Assembly: GCA_048940445.1 (NCBI GenBank)
Contig: JBHLON010000069.1
Location: forward strand, 1-11,296
Source: Promethearchaeota archaeon
Lineage (GTDB): Archaea > Asgardarchaeota > Lokiarchaeia > Sigyniarchaeales > SOKP01
DNA length: 11,296 bases
Direction of reading: 5' to 3'
Shown: positions 1 to 8,141 of the stretch, one piece after another
Layout of the letters: every line of letters starts with the position of its first letter
Numbering within the stretch: position 1 is the stretch's first letter
The notes under the pieces: generated by a model
What the model saw: only the letters and a program-made list of their open reading frames with translations
Told to the model about the DNA's origin: nothing
Databases searched by the model: none
Made by a program: the position numbers and the translations under genes

Positions 1-843
1 AACAATTTTACGATTTTAAATCAAAAACAAGGAAGAGGAAAAATAACAGCAATAAATGATGCAATTAATCAGGTTTCAGACGGGATCATTTTTCTGATGG
101 ATGCCGATGTTCAAGTCAACGATAATCTTATTTTAAATATGATTGATCCAATTATTAATGCTAACGAAGTGGTCGTTACAGCAGGTCTTAAACCTCATGA
201 ATCAATACGGAATAAGGATCTGGTTAAATTTCTCTATATTGATCGAAATCCTAGGTTTAGAAAGAAACCAGTTAGATATGGTGATATCATTGGTATAGTT
301 ACAGCGATAAAATATGAAGTTATCCAAAATATTAATGAATTTACTGTAGCTAAACTTTCAGATGATGGTCGAGTAATTGGAAAAGATTTAAAAAAAAAGA
401 ACTATAAAATTTATAGAATTGTTGAGTTATCTGGAGAAACATACAATTTTCCTGAAAAAATCTCAGATTTTATCCCACAACAATTAAGATGGATGGAGAA
501 TGCATATTATCGTAGAATAGAAGAAGGAAAAAAATTATTTCTATTAAAGAAGTTCTTAACTACTCTACTTTCAATATATCTTTTAATAATTCCGTTTTTA
601 GCATTTAACATTAATCTAATCGTGATTGGACTTTATATTTTACTTTTTATCTATATAAAGAAAATAAGAAAACTAATCTTCTTTAAGAAAAGTGAGCCAT
701 CCTCAATAGAAATAAATTTTAATATAGTTTTTTACATTAAATTAATTTTCTATATATATGTTGAGGCTCTTTTAAACGTCATCGTTGCTATAGAGACAAT
801 ATTCTTTAAAGATAAATATAAAAAGAGAAAGAACATATCATAG
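1..843 (+). CDS. Membrane-bound family 2 glycosyltransferase (cellulose-synthase-like/processive type), 5'-truncated by the window edge
   Basis: Frame is open from base 1 (NNFTILNQKQGRGKITAINDAINQVSDGIIFLMDADV), so ATG 97 is internal. It has the GT2 GKxxAIN motif, DxD (DAD), an SDD motif at the usual TED position, QQLRW (QxxRW), and C-terminal hydrophobic helices. Stop TAG at 841-843. Confidence 0.85.
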   Translation, partial: NNFTILNQKQGRGKITAINDAINQVSDGIIFLMDADVQVNDNLILNMIDPIINANEVVVTAGLKPHESIRNKDLVKFLYIDRNPRFRKKPVRYGDIIGIVTAIKYEVIQNINEFTVAKLSDDGRVIGKDLKKKNYKIYRIVELSGETYNFPEKISDFIPQQLRWMENAYYRRIEEGKKLFLLKKFLTTLLSIYLLIIPFLAFNINLIVIGLYILLFIYIKKIRKLIFFKKSEPSSIEINFNIVFYIKLIFYIYVEALLNVIVAIETIFFKDKYKKRKNIS

Positions 844-898
844 TCTTATTATTAGAGTATAAGGGAACATCTCACTAAGATTATTCAGTTGAAACAGG

Positions 899-912
899 TT
901 TTTCTTTTTCTT
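899..912 (+). terminator. Possible archaeal oligo-T terminator after the GT2 gene
   Basis: TTTTTCTTTTTCTT about 55 nt after the stop codon. Weak evidence in AT-rich DNA. Confidence 0.3.
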
Positions 913-1206
913 ATAATCTAGAGAATTAATTTACTCTTTTATAAAAATTTAGCTTTCAATCTAATTATTTTTAACTTTATCAATTAATTCTTTAAGGCAA
1001 GAAGAAATATAAAGCTATAAGATTCCAGCTATTAGATAGACTAAAATATAATTTAGAATTATATTAATTCGATTTATAATATTTCCTTGATTAACTTTTT
1101 TTAATAGATTAATTTATTCAAATATATATAATATGCTTAATATTGCTGACAAATTTATTAATTTTAAAAAGTATAGGAAACAAAATAAGAAAAGAATTTA
1201 AAGATC

Positions 1207-2469
1207 ATGAAGATTGCTTTAATAGCATTTCCTTTTTTCCCATCAAAAGATGGTATATCACATACATTAACAGATATTTATAAAATTTTTTTAAAGAATG
1301 AAGAAAACTTTAAAGTATTCAATTTTACTTATAAGAATAAAAATTGTTATAAAATTTTAGAGCAGCGCAAATATTCTATTAAGGATTTTATTACCCAATT
1401 AAAATTTAAAGATTTTAATTATTATTTATCTATCTTAACTTTAAGATTATTAAGTTCAAAACATATTTCTTTTCAAAATAAACTAAAAACTATAATCTAT
1501 TTTTTATTAAAACCTTCACTCTTAGTAAAAAGTATAAATAATATTCATCATCTATACCCCTATTTTAAGAAATTTCAATTTGATATTATCATAGGTGGAA
1601 CTTCGACAGCAAGTACTCAATCCATCATTTTTTTATTATCAAAATTGTTTCCATTAAAAGTAATTTATTTTGCTCATGGTAATGAATTTATGATTCATAA
1701 ATATATTAGTTTAAGGGACATATTCTTTAAAGATTCAGATAAAATAATTGTGCACTCTAATCGATTAAAGAAAATCTTAATGCGAATTAGAAATTTACCA
1801 GCTAACAAAATTGAAATAATTCCGCCGGGTTTATTTCCTTCTGACTATAAGATCCAAGAATCAAAACTTGACTTAAGAAAAAAGTTTGATATTTCTTCAG
1901 ATAATTTTGTGATATTAAGTGTTGGTCGTCAGATAAAGAGAAAAAACTTTTCACTGGTAATAAAGGCTTTAAATGAGTTAAGAAAGCTTGCAAATGATGC
2001 CATGCTTAGGTATTATCTAATTGGTACTGGTCCTGAAACAAAAAATTTAAAGGCATTAGTGAAAAGATTGAAACTTGAAGACAATGTGTTCTTTTTAGGT
2101 AATTGTGATGATATAACAAGAAATAATTTCTATAAAATTTCAGATGTTTTTGTTATGCCTTCAGTACCAAAAGAAGAATCAATTGAAGGCTTTGGTGTAG
2201 TATATCTTGAAGCTAATTACTTTAAACTCCCTGTAATAGGTACATTTTCAGGGGGTACAACTGAAGCTATTGTTGATGGTGTTACTGGTATTTTAGTAAA
2301 GCAAAATGATTTAGGTGATTTAATAGACAAATTGAAATATCTTTATTATAATCCAGAAGAAAGGAAAAAGTTAGGTGAGAATGGTTATAATAGAGTTATT
2401 AATAACTTTAGCTGGGAAATTCTATATAAAGATTATTATAAAGTCTTTAGAGACGTTTTACTTCAATAA
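1207..2469 (+). CDS. Family 4 (GT-B, retaining) glycosyltransferase, 420 aa
   Basis: N-terminal MKIALIAFPFFPSKDGIS, then AHGNE, LSVGRQIKRKN and DVFVMPS...EGFGVVYLEA (ExFGxxxxEA), and GGTTEAIVDGVTG. Confidence 0.92.
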   Translation: MKIALIAFPFFPSKDGISHTLTDIYKIFLKNEENFKVFNFTYKNKNCYKILEQRKYSIKDFITQLKFKDFNYYLSILTLRLLSSKHISFQNKLKTIIYFLLKPSLLVKSINNIHHLYPYFKKFQFDIIIGGTSTASTQSIIFLLSKLFPLKVIYFAHGNEFMIHKYISLRDIFFKDSDKIIVHSNRLKKILMRIRNLPANKIEIIPPGLFPSDYKIQESKLDLRKKFDISSDNFVILSVGRQIKRKNFSLVIKALNELRKLANDAMLRYYLIGTGPETKNLKALVKRLKLEDNVFFLGNCDDITRNNFYKISDVFVMPSVPKEESIEGFGVVYLEANYFKLPVIGTFSGGTTEAIVDGVTGILVKQNDLGDLIDKLKYLYYNPEERKKLGENGYNRVINNFSWEILYKDYYKVFRDVLLQ

Positions 2470-2527
2470 AATGATTCAAAATTGGTTAATAATTAATTTT
2501 ATTATTGGAAAGAAATGTTCTTCTAAG

Positions 2528-2552
2528 AAAAAAGATATAAAAAGCGAAAAAA
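2528..2552 (-). terminator. Possible oligo-T terminator for the minus-strand NPP gene
   Basis: On the minus strand, TTTTTTCGCTTTTTATATCTTTTTT lies directly after the stop at 2566, in the gap between convergent genes. Confidence 0.35.
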
Positions 2553-2565
2553 TCTTAAATCAAAG

Positions 2566-3876
2566 TTATTCTTCTTTGAATATGTTAAGGGTTTTACCCT
2601 TCATATAATTAGGTTTTGATTTATCAAATAATCTAAGTATTATCGGAGCTACATCGGTATAATTAATTAACTCCATCGACCCTTTTTTTATATTTTTTCC
2701 ATAAGCCATGAAGAATCCTCGATTTGTATGACTAAATACCTCTGTGTTTCTCGTTAGAAAATAAGAGCAATCTTTGAAAAAAATATAGTCATCTCTGAGA
2801 GCTATAAGGAAATCAGGAAATTCAGGATTATCAAATTCAAAAATCTGATCAACATATCTATCACGTTTAAGAACTTTTTTTATTACTTCTTTTTTATGTC
2901 TATCTTTTCCGAATAAAAATAAACCACCCATATTTGACGTTAATTTCTGAATAAATGTTTTAGGTTGTGCTTTATCAAAAAATTCTAATCTGCGTTCTTT
3001 TTTTCTTTCTATTTCTCTTTTCTCAGCATTAAACAGTCTTTGATAAATCCTTTTTGAAATATATACTGGGAGAAAAGGTCTTACTAAATCATATAATTTC
3101 AATATAATATTATTGATGCGTTTCCCTTTTAAGTCATTTAGAAAGAGTAATTTTTTCTTTTCTAATAGTCTGGGAAAATATAATACTCGTTTATAAAATT
3201 TTAATCCATGATCACTCAGGATAAGTATATTATCAAATTGATTATATCTAAATAATTCTCCAAGAAAGGAATCAATTTTTTTATATCCTAAATTCATTGC
3301 ATTTAATATTATCTTTTTATCACCAAATACTCGATGAGAGATAGAATCAGGCACTCTTATTACATATACCATTAAATCAAAATCTTCCTTCATTTTTTCT
3401 AGAAATAATTTTTTTTTCATTTTAAATGCCTTGAGGATTTCTGGGAGATCCTTGCCTTCAATTATCCATTTATTCTTAATTTGGTCTTCCAATCCTTTAG
3501 GATAACACGAAATGGAAGGTGAAAGGATCCCTGTGATCATTTGACCATTTATTGGCCAAGCAGGGTAAGTACCTGGTACATTTAAAGCAAAAACCTTCAA
3601 GTCATTGATGGAAAATAATGATTTTTCTTTCCACACACTTGAATTAAAAATTCCTTTAATTGGGTGGATAAATGTATAATATCCTAGCCCTTCAACATCT
3701 AAACCAGAAAAAAGACACGGCCAAGATGGTATTGTAGCATGTGGAACCGTCACTTGAATGGGAGCAGTAAACCCATCAATAAAGAATTTTTTAAAATTAG
3801 GAAGAACATTTTGTTTTATTAATGGTAAAATACTTTCAAAACAACCCCCATCAATTCCAATGATGACGTTCCTCGT
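2566..3876 (-). CDS. Alkaline-phosphatase-superfamily protein, type I phosphodiesterase/nucleotide pyrophosphatase-like (paralog 1). Start extended to near-cognate ACG 3876 (or ATA 3879), about 436 aa
   Basis: The frame continues 41-43 codons upstream of the track's GTG (3753): (I-I-)T-R-N-V-I-I-G-I-D-G-G-C-F...LPNFKK, which includes the metal-ligand Asp of GIDGG. In-frame TGA at 3885-3883. Other motifs: Thr nucleophile (ATIPSW), PDSISH, SDHG, C-terminal His (FSHT) and DVAPIIL. The family call is confident; the exact start codon is not. Confidence 0.85.
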   Translation of the reverse strand, partial: TRNVIIGIDGGCFESILPLIKQNVLPNFKKFFIDGFTAPIQVTVPHATIPSWPCLFSGLDVEGLGYYTFIHPIKGIFNSSVWKEKSLFSINDLKVFALNVPGTYPAWPINGQMITGILSPSISCYPKGLEDQIKNKWIIEGKDLPEILKAFKMKKKLFLEKMKEDFDLMVYVIRVPDSISHRVFGDKKIILNAMNLGYKKIDSFLGELFRYNQFDNILILSDHGLKFYKRVLYFPRLLEKKKLLFLNDLKGKRINNIILKLYDLVRPFLPVYISKRIYQRLFNAEKREIERKKERRLEFFDKAQPKTFIQKLTSNMGGLFLFGKDRHKKEVIKKVLKRDRYVDQIFEFDNPEFPDFLIALRDDYIFFKDCSYFLTRNTEVFSHTNRGFFMAYGKNIKKGSMELINYTDVAPIILRLFDKSKPNYMKGKTLNIFKEE

Positions 3877-3882
3877 TATAAT

Positions 3883-3887
3883 TCACC
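3883..3887 (-). promoter_or_regulatory. Shine-Dalgarno GGTGA for NPP paralog 1
   Basis: Minus strand reads TCT GGTGA ATT ATA ACG AGG AAC. GGTGA is the 3' part of the archaeal GGAGGTGA consensus and lies 6 nt before ACG. Confidence 0.6.
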
Positions 3888-4034
3888 AGATTAACAGAAA
3901 TTATAGACTTTATTAGATTGAATTGATAAAAACTAAAAAGTTTGTTGAAAATAAAATTAGGTCTTCTTTATATCTTATTGTTAATGATCAAGATAAAAAA
4001 ATCTTATTTAATCTAGTATTATTATATTCTAATA

Positions 4035-5525
4035 ATGGAAAATACTTCTGAACAAAAAGCTGTCATCCTTATTACGATCGATGCTTTAAGAGCGGATCAT
4101 TTACAATCTTATGGTTATCATAGAAATACAGCTCCGAACTTAGAAAGATTAATTGAAAAAGGAACTACATTTCTGAATGCTATATCAAATGGTCCTGAAA
4201 CGCCTTCATCTTTTTCTTCGATTTTTAGCTCTAAATTGCCTTTTTCTGATGGTGGTTATAGCCCTTTACCTCTGAATAAAGTAATTTTTCCACAGATTTT
4301 AAAAAGTAAAAATATCTTTACGTTTGGAATTCATAGTAATCCTCATTTAGGAGAATATTTTAATTATAATCGAGGTTTTGATGTATTTTTAGATGGTGAA
4401 CGATATAAGGCAGAATTCCATAAGCCTAAGAGAAATTCATTTAAAACCATATTAAGCTTGAATTTACGAAAGATACTAAACTACAGAAATTTCTCAAGGA
4501 AGGTTACTTATCGTTTAAGGGGTTTTAATAAAATCAGTCTGAGGCTTCGTAATAAATACCCATTTTTCACACAAATTTTTTTACCTTTTCTTTCAATCGC
4601 CTATGATGCCAGATTTGTAATACAAAAAATAATCACTTTACTCAATAAACATAGTGGACCATTATTTATATGGTCTCATTTCATGGATGTTCATAGTCCT
4701 TTTAATCCGCCATCTAAAAATGTCTTGAAATTTAGAAAATCTGACATTGATTATTCTAGAAGAGAATATCTAAATGAGTGCATTCGAGCAACACCAGAAA
4801 AGTATAATGTTACAAAAGAATTAATTAATGAATTAATTGATTTGTATGATGCAGGTATCAATTATTTAGATGAATCTCTTGCTATTTTATTTAATGAGAT
4901 AAAAAAGAAATTTAGAAAAAATTGCATGATAATTATTACTGCTGACCATGGTGAATCTTTTTATGAACATGGATATTTTCACCATCAAGGCAACATTTAT
5001 GATGAATTACTTAAAGTTCCACTCTTTATTATAGACTTGGCAAAAGATAGCCAATACAATAATGTAACCAATTTGATCCAATTAAGAGATCTTCCTATTA
5101 CTATTCTAGATTATTTTAAAATAGAAGAATCTCAAAAAATTTTAGGAAAAAGTCTCCTACCTCTAGTTTATGGAGACTCGGATCAAGGTGAGAAATATAT
5201 AATTTCAGAATGTTTTCAGAAAGAAGGGAAGATAAAGAGAAATCATAAAGAAGGTTATATTTTGTTGTCAATTAGATCTTATATGTGGAAATATATTTTT
5301 GACGAAGAAAAGAATTTAGAATATCTATTTAATTTATCAATTGATCCTTTAGAAAAAAATAATCTAATTAATAATAATCAAAAAGAATTAACGGATTTTA
5401 GGGAATTACGTGATATTCATTTATTAAATGTTAAAGATTCAGAAGAGAAACTTAAAATCTTAAGATCAGTTAGTAATCTTAATTTACGCAAAAATGAAAC
5501 GATACTTGATAAAGAAAGGAAGTGA
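4035..5525 (+). CDS. Sulfatase-like alkaline-phosphatase-superfamily hydrolase/transferase with a Thr nucleophile and no CxPxR motif, 496 aa
   Basis: VILITIDALRADHL, TAPNL, GPETPSSFSSIFS (Thr56), RGFD, HFMDVHSPF, LYDAGINYLD, IIITADHGE, H-x-G...YDELLKVPL, and LFNLSIDPLEKNNL. No signal peptide is apparent. Confidence 0.88.
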   Translation: MENTSEQKAVILITIDALRADHLQSYGYHRNTAPNLERLIEKGTTFLNAISNGPETPSSFSSIFSSKLPFSDGGYSPLPLNKVIFPQILKSKNIFTFGIHSNPHLGEYFNYNRGFDVFLDGERYKAEFHKPKRNSFKTILSLNLRKILNYRNFSRKVTYRLRGFNKISLRLRNKYPFFTQIFLPFLSIAYDARFVIQKIITLLNKHSGPLFIWSHFMDVHSPFNPPSKNVLKFRKSDIDYSRREYLNECIRATPEKYNVTKELINELIDLYDAGINYLDESLAILFNEIKKKFRKNCMIIITADHGESFYEHGYFHHQGNIYDELLKVPLFIIDLAKDSQYNNVTNLIQLRDLPITILDYFKIEESQKILGKSLLPLVYGDSDQGEKYIISECFQKEGKIKRNHKEGYILLSIRSYMWKYIFDEEKNLEYLFNLSIDPLEKNNLINNNQKELTDFRELRDIHLLNVKDSEEKLKILRSVSNLNLRKNETILDKERK

Positions 5526-5527
5526 GG
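5518..5527 (+). promoter_or_regulatory. SD-like GGAAGTGAGG overlapping the sulfatase stop codon, for NPP paralog 2
   Basis: GGAAGTGA is one mismatch from GGAGGTGA. GAGG ends 7 nt before ATA 5535. Confidence 0.5.
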
Positions 5528-5534
5528 ATTTTCT

Positions 5535-6839
5535 ATAAGAAATATTATTATCGGAATTGATGGAGGATCGTTTGATTATATTAAGTCTGGCATTAAAAAG
5601 GGATTTTTACCAACTTTCAAAAAAATACTTGATAATGGATTCCATTCTAATTTACAAGTGACTATACCTCCTGTAACAATTCCTTCCTTCCCTTGCCTTT
5701 TTTCTGGGTTAAAAGTCACCGATTTAGGATATTGTACTTTTTATGACCCTACATTTGGGGTTTTTTCTTCTAATTTATGGAAGGAAAAAAGCATCTTTAA
5801 TTATGATAATGTACGTGTCTTTTGTTTAAATCTACCATCAACATATCCTGCTTGGGAAATAAACGGAGAGATGATAACAGGGTTATTAACCCCTTTTATT
5901 AACGATAAGATGTATTATCCAAAATATTTAAGTGATGAAATAAAAAAGAACTGGATAATTGATGGTTCAAATATTTATGAGATATTTAAAGCTTTTAATA
6001 TCAAATCAAGTTTCCTTTTAAGGAAATTAAAAGAAAATTTTGATTTATGGATCTATATTATTAGAATTCCAGATTGTATAACCCATCATCCAAAATATAA
6101 ACTAAAGATCACTGAAGAATTAATGAAATTTGGGTACTCAAAAATTGATAACTTTTTAGCAAAGATAATAAATTCAAACAAAATTGATAATTTGTTTATA
6201 ATCAGTGATCATGGTTTAGAAATTTACCGCTATGAATTCAATATTAAACGCTTCTTAGAAAAGAAGAAAATCCTCTTTTATAATAATGATATAATTTCTA
6301 AATTTATGAGTATATTCATCAAATTTTTTGGAATTTTTAATAGAGGTTTTTTTGATACAACTTACTTTCACAATGAGTTTAAAAGATTGATAGAGCCTAT
6401 AAGGAAAATATTCATTAAGAGTTCAGAAGGTAATAATAAATTGCAAGACACCCGTTTTGTGCATTTTTATTCTAATTTTGGAGGAATCCATTTAAATAAG
6501 AAAGATAAAGTCTCCATCGATAAGATCAAGATGGTCTTGCAAAATTGTAAACATGTTGAAAGGGTTCTTCAATTTAACCAAAAAACATTACCAGACTTAA
6601 TAATCATTTTAAAAGAAAAATATCTTTATAGCGTAAAAAGTTCATTCTTTGTGAGAAATCGGTTTAATTCTTTTAACCATTCAAAAAATGGAATTTTTAT
6701 TGCACATGGGAAAAATATTCAAAAAGGGAGAGATAAATCTGTTTCATATGAAGATTTTGCCCCAACACTCTTAAAACTCTATAGCATTAAGGCACCAAAT
6801 CATATGAAAGGAAAAACTCTTCCTATCTTTAAAAGCTAA
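5535..6839 (+). CDS. Alkaline-phosphatase-superfamily NPP/phosphodiesterase-like protein (paralog 2). Start extended to ATA 5535, about 434 aa
   Basis: The frame continues upstream of the track's GTG (5658): I-R-N-I-I-I-G-I-D-G-G-S-F-D-Y...LPTFKKILDNG, bounded by in-frame TGA 5523-5525. Motifs VTIPSF, PDCITH, SDHG, FNHS and DFAPTLL are colinear with paralog 1. Confidence 0.85.
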   Translation: MRNIIIGIDGGSFDYIKSGIKKGFLPTFKKILDNGFHSNLQVTIPPVTIPSFPCLFSGLKVTDLGYCTFYDPTFGVFSSNLWKEKSIFNYDNVRVFCLNLPSTYPAWEINGEMITGLLTPFINDKMYYPKYLSDEIKKNWIIDGSNIYEIFKAFNIKSSFLLRKLKENFDLWIYIIRIPDCITHHPKYKLKITEELMKFGYSKIDNFLAKIINSNKIDNLFIISDHGLEIYRYEFNIKRFLEKKKILFYNNDIISKFMSIFIKFFGIFNRGFFDTTYFHNEFKRLIEPIRKIFIKSSEGNNKLQDTRFVHFYSNFGGIHLNKKDKVSIDKIKMVLQNCKHVERVLQFNQKTLPDLIIILKEKYLYSVKSSFFVRNRFNSFNHSKNGIFIAHGKNIQKGRDKSVSYEDFAPTLLKLYSIKAPNHMKGKTLPIFKS

Positions 6840-6845
6840 ATAAAA

Positions 6846-8021
6846 TCATGTTTTAGTAATTTTTTCAATCCAGTCTCTAAAAAGGTTGATTTCAATTTCA
6901 GTAGAATAGTTATTAAAAGCAAATCTCTGGGCGAGAGTCTGTAAATGTTTAAATTTTATATTATCACTTTTCCATAGTTTATAGACTTCCAAGATTTTTT
7001 CGGTTATTTCTTCTGAATTTAATTTATTAATAAAAAATGCAAATTCCTTATTTTTAAGTAATTCAAGAGAACCTATAGTTTTACTGCAAATAATTACTAA
7101 TTTTGCAGCTAAAGCTTCCATTAGAACTCTTGGAAATGGTTCTCTTCTTGAAGAAAAAAGAAAAACATCACTTTTTTTATAGTAATTATGGATTTTATCA
7201 TAATTGATATATCCATTAAATTTTACATGTTGAGGATATTTCATCTCTAATGCTTTAACTTCTGAATCTAATGGACCCATTCCGCAAAATTCAAAGATAA
7301 CATCATTAGGTTGACTTTTTTGAATAAATCCTTCAATTCCTCTCAATAAAACTTTAACCCCTTTATGAATATCATCTAAATATCCAATATATACAAATTT
7401 TAATAGTTCAGAAGGATTCTTATTGAATTCGATTTCTGAATAATCTTTTAATTCTATTCCATGAGTTATATGAGAGACTTTACGGGAATCATAGAATTTA
7501 TCTAAAAATATTTTTCCATGATTTGATAATGCATGGTGATAAATTCTTTTTTTAAAAAGAGAATAAAGCAAGATAGTTAGGCGATATCTGATATTATATA
7601 TTGAAAATAATTTATTTGAATATAGAGGTCTTCTATAGCCTATAATAAGTTTTGCTCTACGGTTAATTATACTTAAAATCATAAACATAAAGCTAATTTT
7701 GAAATTCGAAACCGAAGTATAAATAATATCACAATTTCTTGTTAATCTAATCAGTTTTATAAACTCCCAAGGGTAAATTATATCAAAATATTTATTTCCT
7801 ATGTTAGCAGTTGCAAAATTCAATCGATATACGTTTTTAATATCTTTCAATTTTTTCATAATAATTTTTCTGGATAATAATTTATTTCCGGAAAGCCGAT
7901 TAGTATCAGAAAAGATTATATTATAGTATTTGCTTAATCCAGCTGCTAATTCCATTGAAGATATTTCCCCACCTCTTCCATTTTCTAGAGCTAAAGGAGA
8001 TAGAATGAAGATCTTTTTCAT
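6846..8021 (-). CDS. Family 4 (GT-B) glycosyltransferase, 391 aa
   Basis: N-terminal MKKIFILSP...GRGGE, then HGIE, FVYIGYL...HKG, GMGP and DVFLFSSRREPFPRVLMEALA (ExFxxxxxEA). Confidence 0.9.
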   Translation of the reverse strand: MKKIFILSPLALENGRGGEISSMELAAGLSKYYNIIFSDTNRLSGNKLLSRKIIMKKLKDIKNVYRLNFATANIGNKYFDIIYPWEFIKLIRLTRNCDIIYTSVSNFKISFMFMILSIINRRAKLIIGYRRPLYSNKLFSIYNIRYRLTILLYSLFKKRIYHHALSNHGKIFLDKFYDSRKVSHITHGIELKDYSEIEFNKNPSELLKFVYIGYLDDIHKGVKVLLRGIEGFIQKSQPNDVIFEFCGMGPLDSEVKALEMKYPQHVKFNGYINYDKIHNYYKKSDVFLFSSRREPFPRVLMEALAAKLVIICSKTIGSLELLKNKEFAFFINKLNSEEITEKILEVYKLWKSDNIKFKHLQTLAQRFAFNNYSTEIEINLFRDWIEKITKT

Positions 8022-8104
8022 ATATTTTCAAATCTTAATACACTTGTTGTAAATAAAAATCATTAAAAATAAATAAAATTGATTAATCAAAAGAAAAACC
8101 CTTT

Positions 8105-8141
8105 AAAAAACTTGGAATAGATAAAAAATAATGATAAAAAA
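8105..8141 (-). terminator. Possible oligo-T terminator after rph
   Basis: Three T6 runs on the minus strand immediately follow the rph stop codon. Confidence 0.35.

Noticed and set aside
844-1206. 363-bp intergenic region as an ncRNA, repeat or mobile-element remnant
   Set aside because: Very AT-rich, with no GC-rich stem, direct-repeat array or terminal inverted repeats that I can see. TATA-like strings are too frequent to assign a promoter.
1802-1993. 63-aa minus-strand ORF
   Set aside because: Antisense shadow inside the GT4 gene, with no recognisable motif.
2375-2608. 77-aa plus-strand ORF
   Set aside because: Overlaps the 3' ends of both convergent genes and has no recognisable protein features.
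5494-5538. Out-of-frame 14-codon ORF (ATG 5494, MKRYLIKKGSEDFL*) as a frameshifted start of NPP paralog 2
   Set aside because: There is no canonical slippery heptamer or equivalent in paralog 1, and ATA at the homologous Met position is simpler.
2566-6839. NPP paralogs as pseudogenes that lost their start codons
   Set aside because: Both frames are full length with intact catalytic motifs, and the same pattern occurs in essential pheT. Not formally excluded without expression data.
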